Assembly: GCF_026571515.1 (NCBI RefSeq)
Contig: NW_026859790.1
Coordinates: 186,001 to 250,000 of the forward strand
DNA from: Ruditapes philippinarum
Lineage: Eukaryota
Reading direction: 5' to 3'
DNA length: 64,000 nt
A program made the translations under genes and the position numbers. Positions within the stretch are counted from its first letter, which is position 1. Every line of letters begins with the position of its first letter. Positions 36,826 through 49,365 of this stretch are shown piece after piece. Under the pieces are notes generated by a model. The model ran no database searches and was not told the DNA's origin. It was given only the letters and a program-made list of their open reading frames with translations.

Positions 36826-37260
36826 ATATTCTTTTTTCTTTGGCATACCAAAGTTTAACATACTTATCTGATATAGTATTTCAACATGTTAGTGATACTA
36901 TTTCTATTGAGAAGTTTACAATATGGCAGATATGACACAAAAACATGAATTTAGATTTCGGTTATCTTCTGTGAAACATTTAGAAATTACGACATTTATT
37001 ATCTCATTTAAGATAAGTTGAAAGAAATATAGTCTTACATTGAAAACATCACATTTAAAGGTGTCCATTGCCAGATGATAAAATGAGATTTAAAAAAGAG
37101 AGAAAAAAATAAAACTTTACATTTAAATGTTTAAATATTCACAAACCTAATGACATTTTCAATGTTAAATTCAAAATTAATTTGATTTTCAAAAAAGAAT
37201 GTTCATTCTATAAGCTGAACATTCATACTTGGACAAACATATGGTACCTGTATACAAAAT

Positions 37261-38052
37261 TAGGGTTTCTTAATCGGACAAAAATTATAATCGATCATCG
37301 AAAATAATCGGACAACCCTTTTCGATCAATCATCGATTATATAATCGAAACATCTACAAAAACAAAGTAAATATGTACAATGCACAAATCATGTTTTAAT
37401 ATTTATAAGAATTCCATTAATATTCTATATTTTGTATAACTACCACTTTATCAACTGAAATAAACTAGTTACTCATGCTTCTGTTCATCCTTGAGTAAAA
37501 TATTTTAATCAAATAAATTCATTAAAACGTATCAAATTATATTTACTATGTCTCAATATCAATACAGGTATATGTATGTATGGGAACAAGTTAAGTTGGT
37601 CCTTTCTTAACAAAACTGCCAGGTTCTTTTAATTACACTATATATTGATATTGCAACCATCTTTAGTGTGTAGAACAATTTCATACTAAACATATCTTCT
37701 TTGTGGGAAGTAAAAACATGTTTATTTTATATGTACAAATAGACTATGTAGCAATTCTAAATATTTTTTTGTTGTCAAATTTGAGCATAGTATATCTTTA
37801 AACTAGAATGCCTCACTGTCAGCTTTTAACTCCATGGTCACCAGTATGCTTTCATATTGATTTGAGTGAAAATTATTGTTCCAACCAAAGCTGGCTTTAA
37901 TTTAGAGTGTTGTTATAATACAGTGAGTCACTTAAGTAACAGCAAGAAAATAAATAACCGATAATCGATTATTAATCTTTGTAATCGATCATCGCCGATC
38001 GGTTCTATAAACGATCAATTTTCGATTATACTCGATCATCGTTTAATCCCTA
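37261..38052. mobile_element. Non-autonomous hAT-like DNA transposon
   Basis: TAGGG...CCCTA termini, subterminal ATCGAT-rich repeats at both ends, and a perfect 8-bp TSD tacaaaat (37253-37260 and 38053-38060). Confidence 0.85.
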
Positions 38053-40174
38053 TACAAAATGCTTAATTTTTTGGCATGCAGAAATTATTTTTGAACTAGG
38101 GGCCTTTTTGTTTCTTTGGCAGACTTTAGTACAGAGGCCTTTGTCTTTTATTTAACACATTTTGTTGAATAAGTAATGTTGATTTTAGTTAATGAATTTT
38201 AAGATAAGGGCTGTACGCCTTAGGTTGATATATGTGTATTTAAACAATGTCTATTTGCAATGTCTATTAAACATTGCCTTATAAACAATATAATTAGGAT
38301 GTTACTAGTTATGAACTATCACATATTATACTGTCATGCATTAAGCATGTTGGACTGATGGGGAAATTATCTCAGTGACTATGTCATGATGTAGATGTGA
38401 GAATTGTCTGATTTTAGTCTGGTGTCATGTTAAATAAGGTGACTTATGTTGACCTATAATGTCTCCCAGGGGGCATGAGATATTGACCAGCTGGTTATTA
38501 CATGTAGTTGACATTGAGATGATGTGGGTCAGCACAGCTGATAAACATATACAAATATAGTTACATAGTCATCACCAGATCTAACATTCCTACAACCTGT
38601 CTTTTATATAGAGAATACAGTATTGTTAACTTAATTAACATGATGACTCCAATATTTTGAAAAAATGACATTGAAAGAATAAGGGGAATCTGACATAAAT
38701 TGATTTTAAAAAATGGGTTTATTTCATCAACTTTCTTTAGAATTATTATCATATCTTTTAAATGCCCTTTAAATAACCATAGAATGTTAAGATTTCTTAG
38801 TTTTCTCTAGATATGATATGATCATAAAGTTGTATGTAGGAAATTAGACCAGATGTTTTAGTAAAAATGGTTTTGATAAATGTTGCAGTTAGTTTTATTT
38901 CCATATTAGTTTCAAACCAACATTATTCATGGCATTTCAATGGAGCTTTAATACAAAACTGTCGCAAGCCAATAAACTAGAGGACAAGTAATAACTGTGT
39001 TGTACTGATACATCAGTGTTGACATTGACTTTCACTAAATATTCGATTTAAATCATGTACTACAGTGATTATAGAGTTGTGTTATTTATCTATGAAGGAT
39101 GTATATTTTGCATGTTCTATACATTCCCATTTTCATTATTGCCATAGAAACTTTAATAGTTTCTTCATGTTATAAGTGTTCATATCATACAAGCATACTT
39201 CTTAGACACTTGTGTGGTTGTGTGTCTATGATATAAGGGTCCCGCTCCCTGATTTGCCAAGGAGAAAGAGAGAATCTATGAATGTTTGATATGTAAGTTT
39301 GAGGACTAAGCCATAGTGTTTGTTTCATAATGATTTTGTTGTTGACAGATTAACATGACAATTACATCATGAAATAGTCTGCATTCTATAGATCATGAGA
39401 ATGATTCAAATGATGGATGTTGTGAACTGTTATTTGTGAGGAAAATACAAGTTAATTAGGCAAATGTCCTTTCAAATATAACTGAAAAACTGTGGAATTG
39501 GCAATAAACTATGCTAGGATGAACCAGGCATATTTATCCATTTTTGTGGTTGTTTAAACAAAATACAAATGTACACAGATGTCAAACAGACTAGTTTGTC
39601 TTTTATACATGTACGTCAGATGCTGATAATTTTAGCATGATGTTGAAATGTTTTTTGTGTGACATATTTATACAGAACTTAAGGATAAGATTTATTGTTG
39701 ATGAATAAGTTTGGGAAACAATGTGTTTTGTTTTTTTTGTATATGTGTCACTAAATATGTACTTTATACTACGATAATACTGAAAAATTGAAGATAATTC
39801 CATCCAGATATAAACCTTTACTCGATAGATTGTTGTAACATGTCATTAAAGCATGTCATTTGAAATGATTGTTACATTGGAGACATATATAGTCCATGTT
39901 TTACATTTCTACTGTATGTTATTTACCTGTTTTTTATGCTAGATATATCTTCAACTTGTCATATATTTTTTCATTGCAGTGCTAAATTATTGTGATTGTT
40001 GAAGTTAAAATTACAAGTTGAAATGAATAGGTGTTGTTATACTTAAATCAATTAAAAACTGATTTCCAGTTAGGAAATTCTAATTCCATGGAGATAGTCC
40101 CTGTGTAAAATAAAATTGTAGGGTGGGTATATTTGAATCAGCTTGTAGCTTGTATGTCTGTCAGCCTGCCATCC

Positions 40175-41460
40175 TTTTTAGCTCGACTATTCGATAAGAA
40201 TAAGTAGAGCTATTGTAGTCACCCGAGCGTCGGCGTCGGCGTAACCACTTATGTTAAAGTTTTTGTAATAGTTTAAATATTTTCAAAGTCCATTGACATA
40301 TGGCTTTGAAACTTTGCACACTTGTTCACCATCATTACCCAAACCTGTAAACAGGAGGAGGTAACTGTATCAAGCATTTTGACAGAATTATGCCCCTTTT
40401 TCGACTTAGAATTTACGTTAAAGTTTTTGTAATAGTTCAAATATTTTCAAAGTCCATTGACATATGGCTTTGAAACTTTGCACACTTGTTCACCATCATT
40501 ACCCCAACCTGTAAACAGGAGGAGGTAACTGTATCAAGCATTTTGACAGAATTATGCCCCTTTTTCGACTTAGAATTTACGTTAAAGTTTTTGTAATAGT
40601 TCAAATATTTTCAAAGTCCATTGACCTATGGCTTTTAAACTTTGCACACTTGTTCACCATCATTACCCCAACCTGTAAACAGGAGGAGGTAACTGTATCA
40701 ATCATTTTGACAGAATTATGCCCCTTTTTTCGACTTAGAATTTATGTTAAAGTTTTCGTAATACCTCAAATATTTTCAAAGTCCATTGACATATGGCTTT
40801 GAAACTTTGCACACTTGTTCACCATCATTACCCCAACCTGTAAACAGGAGGAGGTAACTGTATCAAGCATTTTTTTTACAATCAAGCACTAAGAATAGTC
40901 GAGCGTTGCTGTCCTACCGACAGCTCTTGTTCGACTTAGAATTTACGTTAAAGTTTTTGTTATAGTTCAAATATTTTCAAAGTCCATTGACATATGGCTT
41001 TGAAACTTTGCACACTTGTTCACCATCATTACCCCAATCTGTAAATAGGAGGAGGTAACTGTATCAAGCATTTTGACAGAATTATGCCCCTTTTTCGACT
41101 TAGAATTTATATGTTAAAGTTTTGTAATAGTTCAAATATTTTCAAAGTCCATTGACATATGGCTTTGAAACTTTGCACACTTGTTCACCATCATTACCCC
41201 AACCTGTAGACAGGAGGAGGTAACTGTATCAAGCATTTTGACAGAATTATGCCCCTTTTTCGACTTAGAATTTACGTTAAAGCTTTGTAATAGTTCAAAT
41301 ATTTTCAAAGTCCATTGACATATGGCTTTGAAACTTTGCACACTTGTTCACCATCATTACCCCAACCTGTAAACAGGAGGAGGTAATTGTATCAAGCATT
41401 TTTTTTTTACTATCAAGCACTAAGAATAGTCCAGCGTTGCTGTCCTACTGACAGCTCTGT
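40175..41460 (+). mobile_element. HINE/Helentron-like element with 164-bp tandem repeats and two 3' termini
   Basis: 5' agctcgactattc subterminal IR plus (gtcggc)n; units at 40253/40417/40581/40746; 3' end gaatagtcgagc..gctgtcctaccgacagctcttgtt at ~40893-40931; 3 more units; second 3' end at ~41424-41460. Confidence 0.88.
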
Positions 41461-41981
41461 TTTATCCAGGGCATAACTGAAAATTTGCTTAGAAGTATAA
41501 GTTGAAACTTTATGGATGGATAGATTTCATGAAGAAGTACAGTATCCAAGAGACCATAACTGGCTTTGCATGATGTTCAAGTTATTGTCCTTTGCAACTG
41601 GAATGATCTTATTATGTAAACCAGAGGTCTTGCTCTACAAGTAAAACTGGAAAGTTGATAACTATATCATCTCTATGTTGCCAATGTAACTAAAAATCAA
41701 ATAATAAAAAATATATGCGTAGATTGTAATATAACTTTACAGACATGATCCAATTAGTGGTGTATAATATAAAGGTAGTGTGTTCATTTCTGATATGTTT
41801 CCTTACCACCTGCACATATGTAAAGATGACTTAGCAAACAGGATATAAATGGTGGTTTTGTCTAAATTATAGACTGGAAAGTTAAACATTGGAACTCTTT
41901 TTTTCCTTTGATCCTTATAGACAGGAAGCATGTTAACAGAGGGTAATTTTACTACAGAAGTCAGTGGAACTTTTACTATAT

Positions 41982-42213
41982 ATGAGCCGCGTCATGACAA
42001 AACCAACGTAATGCGTTTGCGACTACCATGGACCTAGACCAGCCTGCACAGTCTGAACAGGATCCATGCTGTTCGCTATCAGTTTCTCTACTTGTTATAG
42101 GGTTTGTACGTGAACAGCATGGATCCTGTTCAGACTGTGCGGTAGCGCAGGCTGGTCTGGATCCATGCTGGTCGCAAAACGCATTATATTGGTTTTGTCA
42201 TGGCGCGGCTCAT
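41982..42213. mobile_element. Palindromic MITE, copy 2
   Basis: Same inverted arms as 36587-36825, opposite internal orientation, AT/TA flanks. Confidence 0.9.
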
Positions 42214-43520
42214 ATTAAGACATATTAACATTACTGTTTCTATACTTATACAACAATGTGTAAATAAATGACACAACAACTGTGATCATATTTCATGTTT
42301 ATTGAACTGCACTGCTGTAATTCATACATAAATATACAAACATTATCATGTAAAATATAATATAATGCTTCATGCAAAATGACATTGTAAGGCATAAATA
42401 ATTTCTTAACATATAACAATAATGAGCGATATAGAATATAAATTGGAATAAAAATGGCTTGTCTAAAATTTCAGAAGACTTTATAAAAATATGTTTAAGA
42501 GTAATTTTACAAAAAGTCACATATTAACATCATATTTTACTAACAGCAAAAAGAAATAAAACAATTTTTCACAAAAAAATAAATAATCCTAGCAACAAAA
42601 TTAATACAACAAAAAGTTAACTTGAAACAGCTTGTTAAGAAGTGGCTTCTATTTTCAGGCAGAAATTTTTATAAACACAATAAAGGCACAAGAAATGCAT
42701 GCTTCATTCTGTAGCATGAATAACCTTTAAGTGTCCATTTTGTTTAACTGATGATCCTAAATGTAAATGGTATTTTTAATTTTTCATATTATTGACATAT
42801 TTATATTAACCATTGATAATTTTCACCTTCCAGGAATGTTAACACTATGCACAGTTAGAATTCACAGGTAAGAGTCACTGTATCTAGCAAAACTATATGT
42901 GAACAATCTACAAAACTCTGTTACATCTACTCCTAAAAAACTTGTGCAAATAATAACAACAAATCATTTTTACTATGAACATTTAAACATCCAAATGGCA
43001 CTTCACCATTGTTCACAAAAATAAATGCTGGCAGTTTTACAAACAACTTCTTACAACAACAAAAAAAAGCAATCAGCAAGTGTTGGCTACACTAAATGCA
43101 ACACCTTACAAAAATATATACAGTGAGCAAGGAAGGTGTACTGTACCCTTAATGTCTAATAGTCACTCAAGATTTTATCATTAGAACAAAAAAAAACTAG
43201 GAAGTTATTTAAATCAAACGTCCTAAACTTATCTCTGTAAAATTGTGTGTTTTCATACTTCCAAAATATACTGTAGTATGATTGCAAGTGAATCTAACAT
43301 TAGTTAACCGGATTCTACTAATGGAACAGTTAAACTCTACCTACATAGTAGGATGTAAAGAATTAAAGCTAGGAGAACAGTTATATGTACAGAGGACAAG
43401 ACTATTGGCTATGTTGTGCTGACCTGATGATACTTTGTTTACTTTAGCTTTAGATACATGACCAAAACAATAATTTCCATGAAATAAGCACTTCTCTTTG
43501 TCAGTTTATGTAAACTACAT

Positions 43521-44017
43521 ATGAGCTGCGTCACGACAAAACCAACATAGTGCGTTTGCGACCACCATAGATCCAGACCAGCCTGCGCATCCGCGCAGTC
43601 TGATCAGGATCCATGCTGTTCACTATCAGTTTCTCTACTTGTAAAAGGATTGGTAAGGTCGTTTATTTAAGGTCGCCGCCGGAAAGCCCATATGGGCGAC
43701 CATACACTCAAGTCAGGCCATCCTAGAGCGTCCCCCCGAGATTTTTTCGTCGATTTTTTTCCAGCTTTATTGGTGGAGGAAGACCCCAGTTGCCCCATCG
43801 GGCATTATTTCAGGCACGAGCGGGCACCTGGGTAGAACCACCGACCTTCCGTAAGGCAGCTGGATGGCTTCCTCACATGAAAGATTTCGACCCGAGTGAG
43901 GATCGAACCTACAGCGGTGAGGGACCTGTGATCTCAAGTCAGTGACCTTAACCACTCAGCCACGGAGGCCCCCTCTGCGCAAACCCATTATGTTGATTTT
44001 GTCATGGCGCAGCTCAT
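43521..44017. mobile_element. Palindromic MITE, copy 3, interrupted by a SINE
   Basis: Left arm 43521-43650; right-arm remnant 43975-44017. Confidence 0.85.
43652..43973 (-). mobile_element. Young full-length tRNA-derived SINE (MetaSINE-like core, distinct 3' tail)
   Basis: Minus strand ggggcctccgtggctgagtggttaagg...ggttcgatcc head and tgtgaggaagccatccagctgccttacggaaggtcggtggttctacccaggtgcccg core; CpGs intact. Confidence 0.88.
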
Positions 44018-44045
44018 ATACTATGTATGTGAAACAATATCTCAG

Positions 44046-47000
44046 CTACCCGTTAAGTTTTACTTTCTTTTTGACTTTATTAGATTTTCTAGCATTGTCT
44101 ACACTGCCTCTCCGACTCCCTGCAGGTGACCCATCATCATCTGTTGGACGAGCCATCACTGCAACATCTGCTTGGTCGTTAACAAAATCCTGAAAGTATA
44201 ACATACATTATAGAATTCCTTGAACATTACCTTTAAGTATCCTTATTGTGTGATAAATGATGTATACATCAAGTACACAGCTATAACTATAACTTTATAT
44301 TACCAAGTCAAATACATGCATTAAGTAACCGGCACAAGATTTACTATTTGAGCATCATTATGAAGATGTTCTGGAGAAAATAAATAAATTTGTACTATCA
44401 CAATAATGTAAAGCCAGGATAATCTGTAAATCAGCACCTTATTTTGATACAGATATCCCTATCATTACTAAAAGGCAAATTTACGAACATTTTCTAAGCT
44501 TGTGACATAAAGGAGCAAATGCATCAAAAAGATCCCACCATGGATTGGATTTGAACTTGTGACCTCTCGCTTACAACCCTAAGAACAACACTCAAGGCCA
44601 CTGAGCCAACAGAATCAATTTCCTAACACAGTTGCAAGAGGTGGTACTTATAGTTGGACTCAACAGTAACAACAATTGCAAAATTCCGTTAGCAAACAGA
44701 CAATTATACACATACCCTGATTCTATGAAGTTTTGTGTCCAGTGACATTTCCTGTACTGGTATATCTAGTTGTTTATGACAAATCTCTGCTATATTATCT
44801 ATAGCCATCATAATAACACCCAGCTCCGTTCTCTAAAATATAATATAGTCACAGAAATATATTTAATTTAATATATCACATAATACACTGAATATGAAAA
44901 TCTAGGTAGACTGTTCCATTAGTAGAATCCGGTAATATTTAAGATAATTATGCTAATATATCACATAATACACTGAATATGAAAATCTAGCAAATTAAGA
45001 AAATGGAATTTTAAACTTTTTTTTAACTATTTGCAACAATTCTTTGCTTCTTTTTTTCACAGAATAATTTGACAAGGTGTAATCTTACTTCGTAACATAT
45101 TTTACAATTTTACTCTTTGGAACATTATTTGGATAAAAATAATTTGTTATAGATCATAAGCTGTAAAATAAATCTTACTTAAGGTTAAAATTGTGGTTCC
45201 TGTGTGCCAAACATTCCATAATAATTAAATAACAATTTTCATAGTAAAATGGGTAATATTTAAGATAATTATGCTGACCTTTTCTCTGAGACCACCTTTG
45301 TTAGCATTATATTTATTTTCAGTTTTCTGATTGGCATCATTTTCCATCTCATGTTGTTGTTGTAGTTTGGACAGTTGACTGTTGATTGATATAACTTGTT
45401 TATTATGGGCAGTTTTCATCTGATCTAGCTCAGCTTTCAATATCTCCAGCTATATTATACAACAAATACATGTACAATGTACAATTAAATGAATGAAATC
45501 CAGTCCAGAAACCAGTCTGGTTTTGACATAAAATCTTAGGCCATATTACAGCAGGTTCTACTTGACAAATTGTAAATTTTTATATGAACTTTCAGCTGTC
45601 CGGTCAGCTCAATAGGTAGAGTGTTAGACTCTGAATTGGGCAACCAGGGTTTGATTCCCAAACAGCGCAGGTCACTTTTGTTGTGATTGATCGTGAAATC
45701 CTTTCTACAGTCATTCGAATTGTACCTCTGCTCTTGCATTTACAGAAATAATCAGTCCCTTGTGAAAGTGAAGGCAACTAGTTCTGGTAAATTGCTTGAT
45801 AGCCTGCCCAGGAACAGCACGATGACTGAACTGTGCTCTGGTAAATTCAATGTGGCTTATTGCCTTGATCTAGAGTGAAAACTACCACCACCACTATATG
45901 AAAACTACCACCACCACTATATGAACTTTTCTTATTGCATACTAGTAAACTTAATCTATGCAAATGCTGGTATGTTGTTACAAGATTCCAACTTTTAATG
46001 GTTGTAGGTAGTTACCGGTAGTCATATTAAAAACATTTTTCATTTGTATCAGAACTTATATAGGCAAACTTTAAAAATACAACAAAGTTATATAGCCTTA
46101 CCTCATCTGACATAGATTCCAGTTTATTGACTAGATGGACATTGGAATCACTGAGTGTACGATGACGGGACATTAGACCTTTCATTTTATCGTCTGACGC
46201 AGCCAAATAATCTTCTGGCATTACATCAATTACTCGTAACAAATAATCTTCAAACTTTTTATAACGGTTTACTTTTTTTTCTAATCTCGATAACCTGAAA
46301 TGTAAGGAGTTTTTTATAACTGACAGATGATTTTGTTTGGTCAGTAAATTCAAAATGCATAAAATGTATATGAATTGAATGAAGGTGTCTAACATTCCAA
46401 CAATGTCATAATGAAATAACGAAAAATTTAACATTAGTACAATGAATATTTTGAATATTTTCTCAACATTTATATCAACATTAAAGGGATGTAGTGGCAT
46501 GGCCGATTGGTTAACATGTCGGGCTTTTAATCTAAAGATTTCTAGCCACAAGTTCAAATCCTGTCAGGGGCAAGTAATAAATGTTTCCTTGAGCAAGAAA
46601 CATTACAATTATTGCTCAACACTGGTTGTTCCATGAACAGATTCTGCAGCTAGTGTATCTATAAATTTACAACATCATACACACTCAAACTATAATAAAT
46701 TTTGTATGAACTTTTACAAATTTACATTAACAAGATAATCAGTCTATATATTGATAGCCTCAAACTTCTTCTTTCAATCTTGGTGACATTTAATTATCCT
46801 TACCAATTTCTCTTACATGACAGATGAACATACAAGTACAATGGGTTTTTTTATATTTTGTTAATAAAAAAATAAAATTGTAAAATACATACAAGTCCTT
46901 GACATTGTCAAGTTCGTCTTGAAGTTTTATCAGTTCTTCAGTTTTCTGTTCTTTTAACTTGACTTCAGTCTGATATTTCTGTATAGCTCTTCTTCTTTTT

Positions 47001-49205
47001 AATTCATTTTCTTTCAAAAATGTCTCAAACTTGGCAACCCTGTCTTTCATCTGACAAAAAAAGAAATAACATAAATTAGCTCACTTTTTATTATGGCGAA
47101 CAACAAGAAGAAGACTTTTTATTATAATTGATATTTAGATGATTGATTGTTTCCCTTTCAAGTATCAATACCACTTAAGCACTGCATCAACAACTTAAAA
47201 TTCATTTAACTTAATGCTTTTTGTTCTGCTTGTAAACTTTGTTTTAACCAATACAATTATAATATAGTGTAGCTGTAGACAATTGTATAAATTAAATGAC
47301 AGGTTTAGTTCTGTTTAATGCAAAATATGAGAATTTTATTAAAAACAAAACAAAAGAACCCTAACATTTCATAATTATTTGAAATACAGATGTATTAAAT
47401 GTTTTACTCTTACAAACTACGGTCTCATTTTTCACCAAACATTCTTCAAAATAGTGTTACAACTTACTCTGCATATAAATTAAATCATTTTTTTATAACA
47501 AACAGCAGCATACTATAGCACCTGGAGCAGAAAGTGGGCAAAAAATGAAGAGGACACAAAGCATTAATATTTACCCTTTGTTGTTTTTTCTGTATCTCAA
47601 TCTGCCGTTGAGCACACGCCTCCATCCTATGTTTGAACTCATATCTCTTAGCTTCAAGTTCTGCTTGGACCCTGTCCACTTCAACCTCTTTTTTGAGAAG
47701 CAATGTTCTTTGTAGTGTGTTAATGCCTGTCTCAATGAGTTTGTCTCCGGTTTCCTTGACAACGGGAAATGCTGTAATATCATCTTCATCATCTCTGCAA
47801 TTAAGTTAATAATTAACATAAAATACTAATAAAGACTATCTACAATGTATCTCTAGAATGTCCATCTCCGCAAGTTTTTTCTTCCATTTCAAGGAATTCA
47901 GTACTGTATCATATTGAAATGTTTGGGATATAAACATTAACAATATAAGAATTCGTTCACAAATAGGGTAAATGTTCATTTGTTCCGATGTCAAATTGAA
48001 ATATATTTCACAGAGTGAACACCAGATGCAATCTATTTAAGACATTCACAGGTGAAATATATAAATAAAAAAAGATTTTACATATTTTCTATTTTTAGTG
48101 GCCATACATAATTTTTACTGACTATATGATGCATAACACCATGTGCTCTCCTTCATAATGTTAACGAATGACTTAAAATAACAGGTTCTATAAAATACAT
48201 GACCCAATTATCGAAGTGTAAAAAAAACAACAAGTAACTACCTGGTAGAAATTTAACATGCAGAAATTAACATATGAAAAATAAGAAACTAATATGATTC
48301 CCTGGCAGTGTTAAACATTAAAGAATAACATTATGTCTCTGGTGGAATTTAACCTGTAAAAACAACACTTACAATGTCATCAGTGGACATGTTTGAGTTT
48401 AAAACATTCATTGTAAAAACAACGTTACAATATGTCCCATGTGTAGCTTGAGGCCCACACATAGTCAAAATATATTGACGTGCTAAAGCTTGATTCTTCT
48501 GTGATATTTTCGTTCTGGGTCAGAATCTCGCTTTTGTAGAGAAGAGATATTGCCCAGACATGAAATAGTACAATATCTTGTCGCGTAGTACAATATGTTG
48601 GACTAGCCGACACAATGCCGATTATGATAAGGCACCGATTATGATAAGGCAAAATATGATAAGTGATCAGACATTGTTAATCGCAATGTCACTGAGAACT
48701 ATATAAATTATGCCAAGTACACAGTGATCCCTTTTTGTAATTCTATTGTGAAATAATCAAATGTCGCAATGCTTTAATGAAGACATTAATTTGGTCTGTA
48801 TAATGTAAATAATTGAATTTTCTGCTACATGCAAAGTTTAATCCATTACTCAATGCATTCATGCCATGCACATGATTTTGATATTTTTTTAACAATTGCA
48901 AATATTTACATTACTAATTTACCATGTATATTTATTTGTTTGCCAGCTTATGAAGCAAAGCAGAGTGAATATTTAATGTCACTACGCTTCCATTTTCTAT
49001 GTGTTTGTACCCATTATTCTCCCGTTAATCTCATAACGTTACTTTATAAATAATGGATGAATGAGACACGATCTCTTAATTACCAATTACTGACACGCAA
49101 TCATAAAACAAACCTTTCATGTAATTGTGTCACGAAAACATTCTTTTTCTGATTATCTAAATCCAGCTCAAAAATCTTTTGGCGTGAATGAGCTGTGTCG
49201 GCCAT
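44046..49205 (-). CDS. CCDC42/CFAP73/CCDC197-family (DUF4200) coiled-coil protein, ~364 aa, 7 exons
   Basis: Exons 49205-49114, 47794-47575, 47050-46893, 46294-46102, 45449-45279, 44832-44716, 44189-44046 are in phase. Motifs: TLLLKKEVE, KFETFLKENELKRRRAIQK, YKKFEDYLLRV, ELGVIMMAIDNIAEIC. Confidence 0.85.
45595..45923 (+). mobile_element. tRNA-derived SINE (second family) with duplicated (cca)n tail
   Basis: Head ggtcagctcaataggtagag...gggtttgattccc. Tail ctgaactgtgctctggtaaattc...gagtgaaaactaccacc also appears alone at ~36450-36522. Confidence 0.7.
46487..46710 (+). mobile_element. tRNA-derived CORE-like SINE, degenerate
   Basis: gtggcatggccgattggttaa...agttcaaatcc head and tccttgagcaagaaacattac..attgctcaacactggtt core. 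Confidence 0.65.
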
Positions 49206-49249
49206 TTCTAGAGTCTGCAGTTATCTAATTCACGTTTTACTGCTTGTTT

Positions 49250-49365
49250 TCAACTGTCCGCCATTGTTAAACAATATTATGCAAATTAGGACACCTTGAC
49301 GACTGTCACGTGACCATGGTTTATCATGTGACCTAGGCTAACTTATTTGACATTTACGCGGGAAG
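49250..49365. promoter_or_regulatory. Divergent promoter region with CLEAR/E-box, M-box, octamer and E2F-like sites
   Basis: GTCACGTGAC 49305-49314, TCATGTGAC 49324-49332, ATGCAAAT 49279-49286, GCGGGAA 49358-49364. Confidence 0.6.

Noticed and set aside
40554-41341. ORFs within the 164-bp array, and similar ORFs in the MITEs and the 59-60 kb array
   Set aside because: They derive from non-coding repeats and show no Rep/helicase or transposase motifs.
43890-43973. tRNA-like sequence with A and B boxes
   Set aside because: It continues into a SINE core and lacks a proper acceptor stem, so it is a SINE head, not a tRNA gene. The same applies near 13000, 45600, 46500 and 53300.
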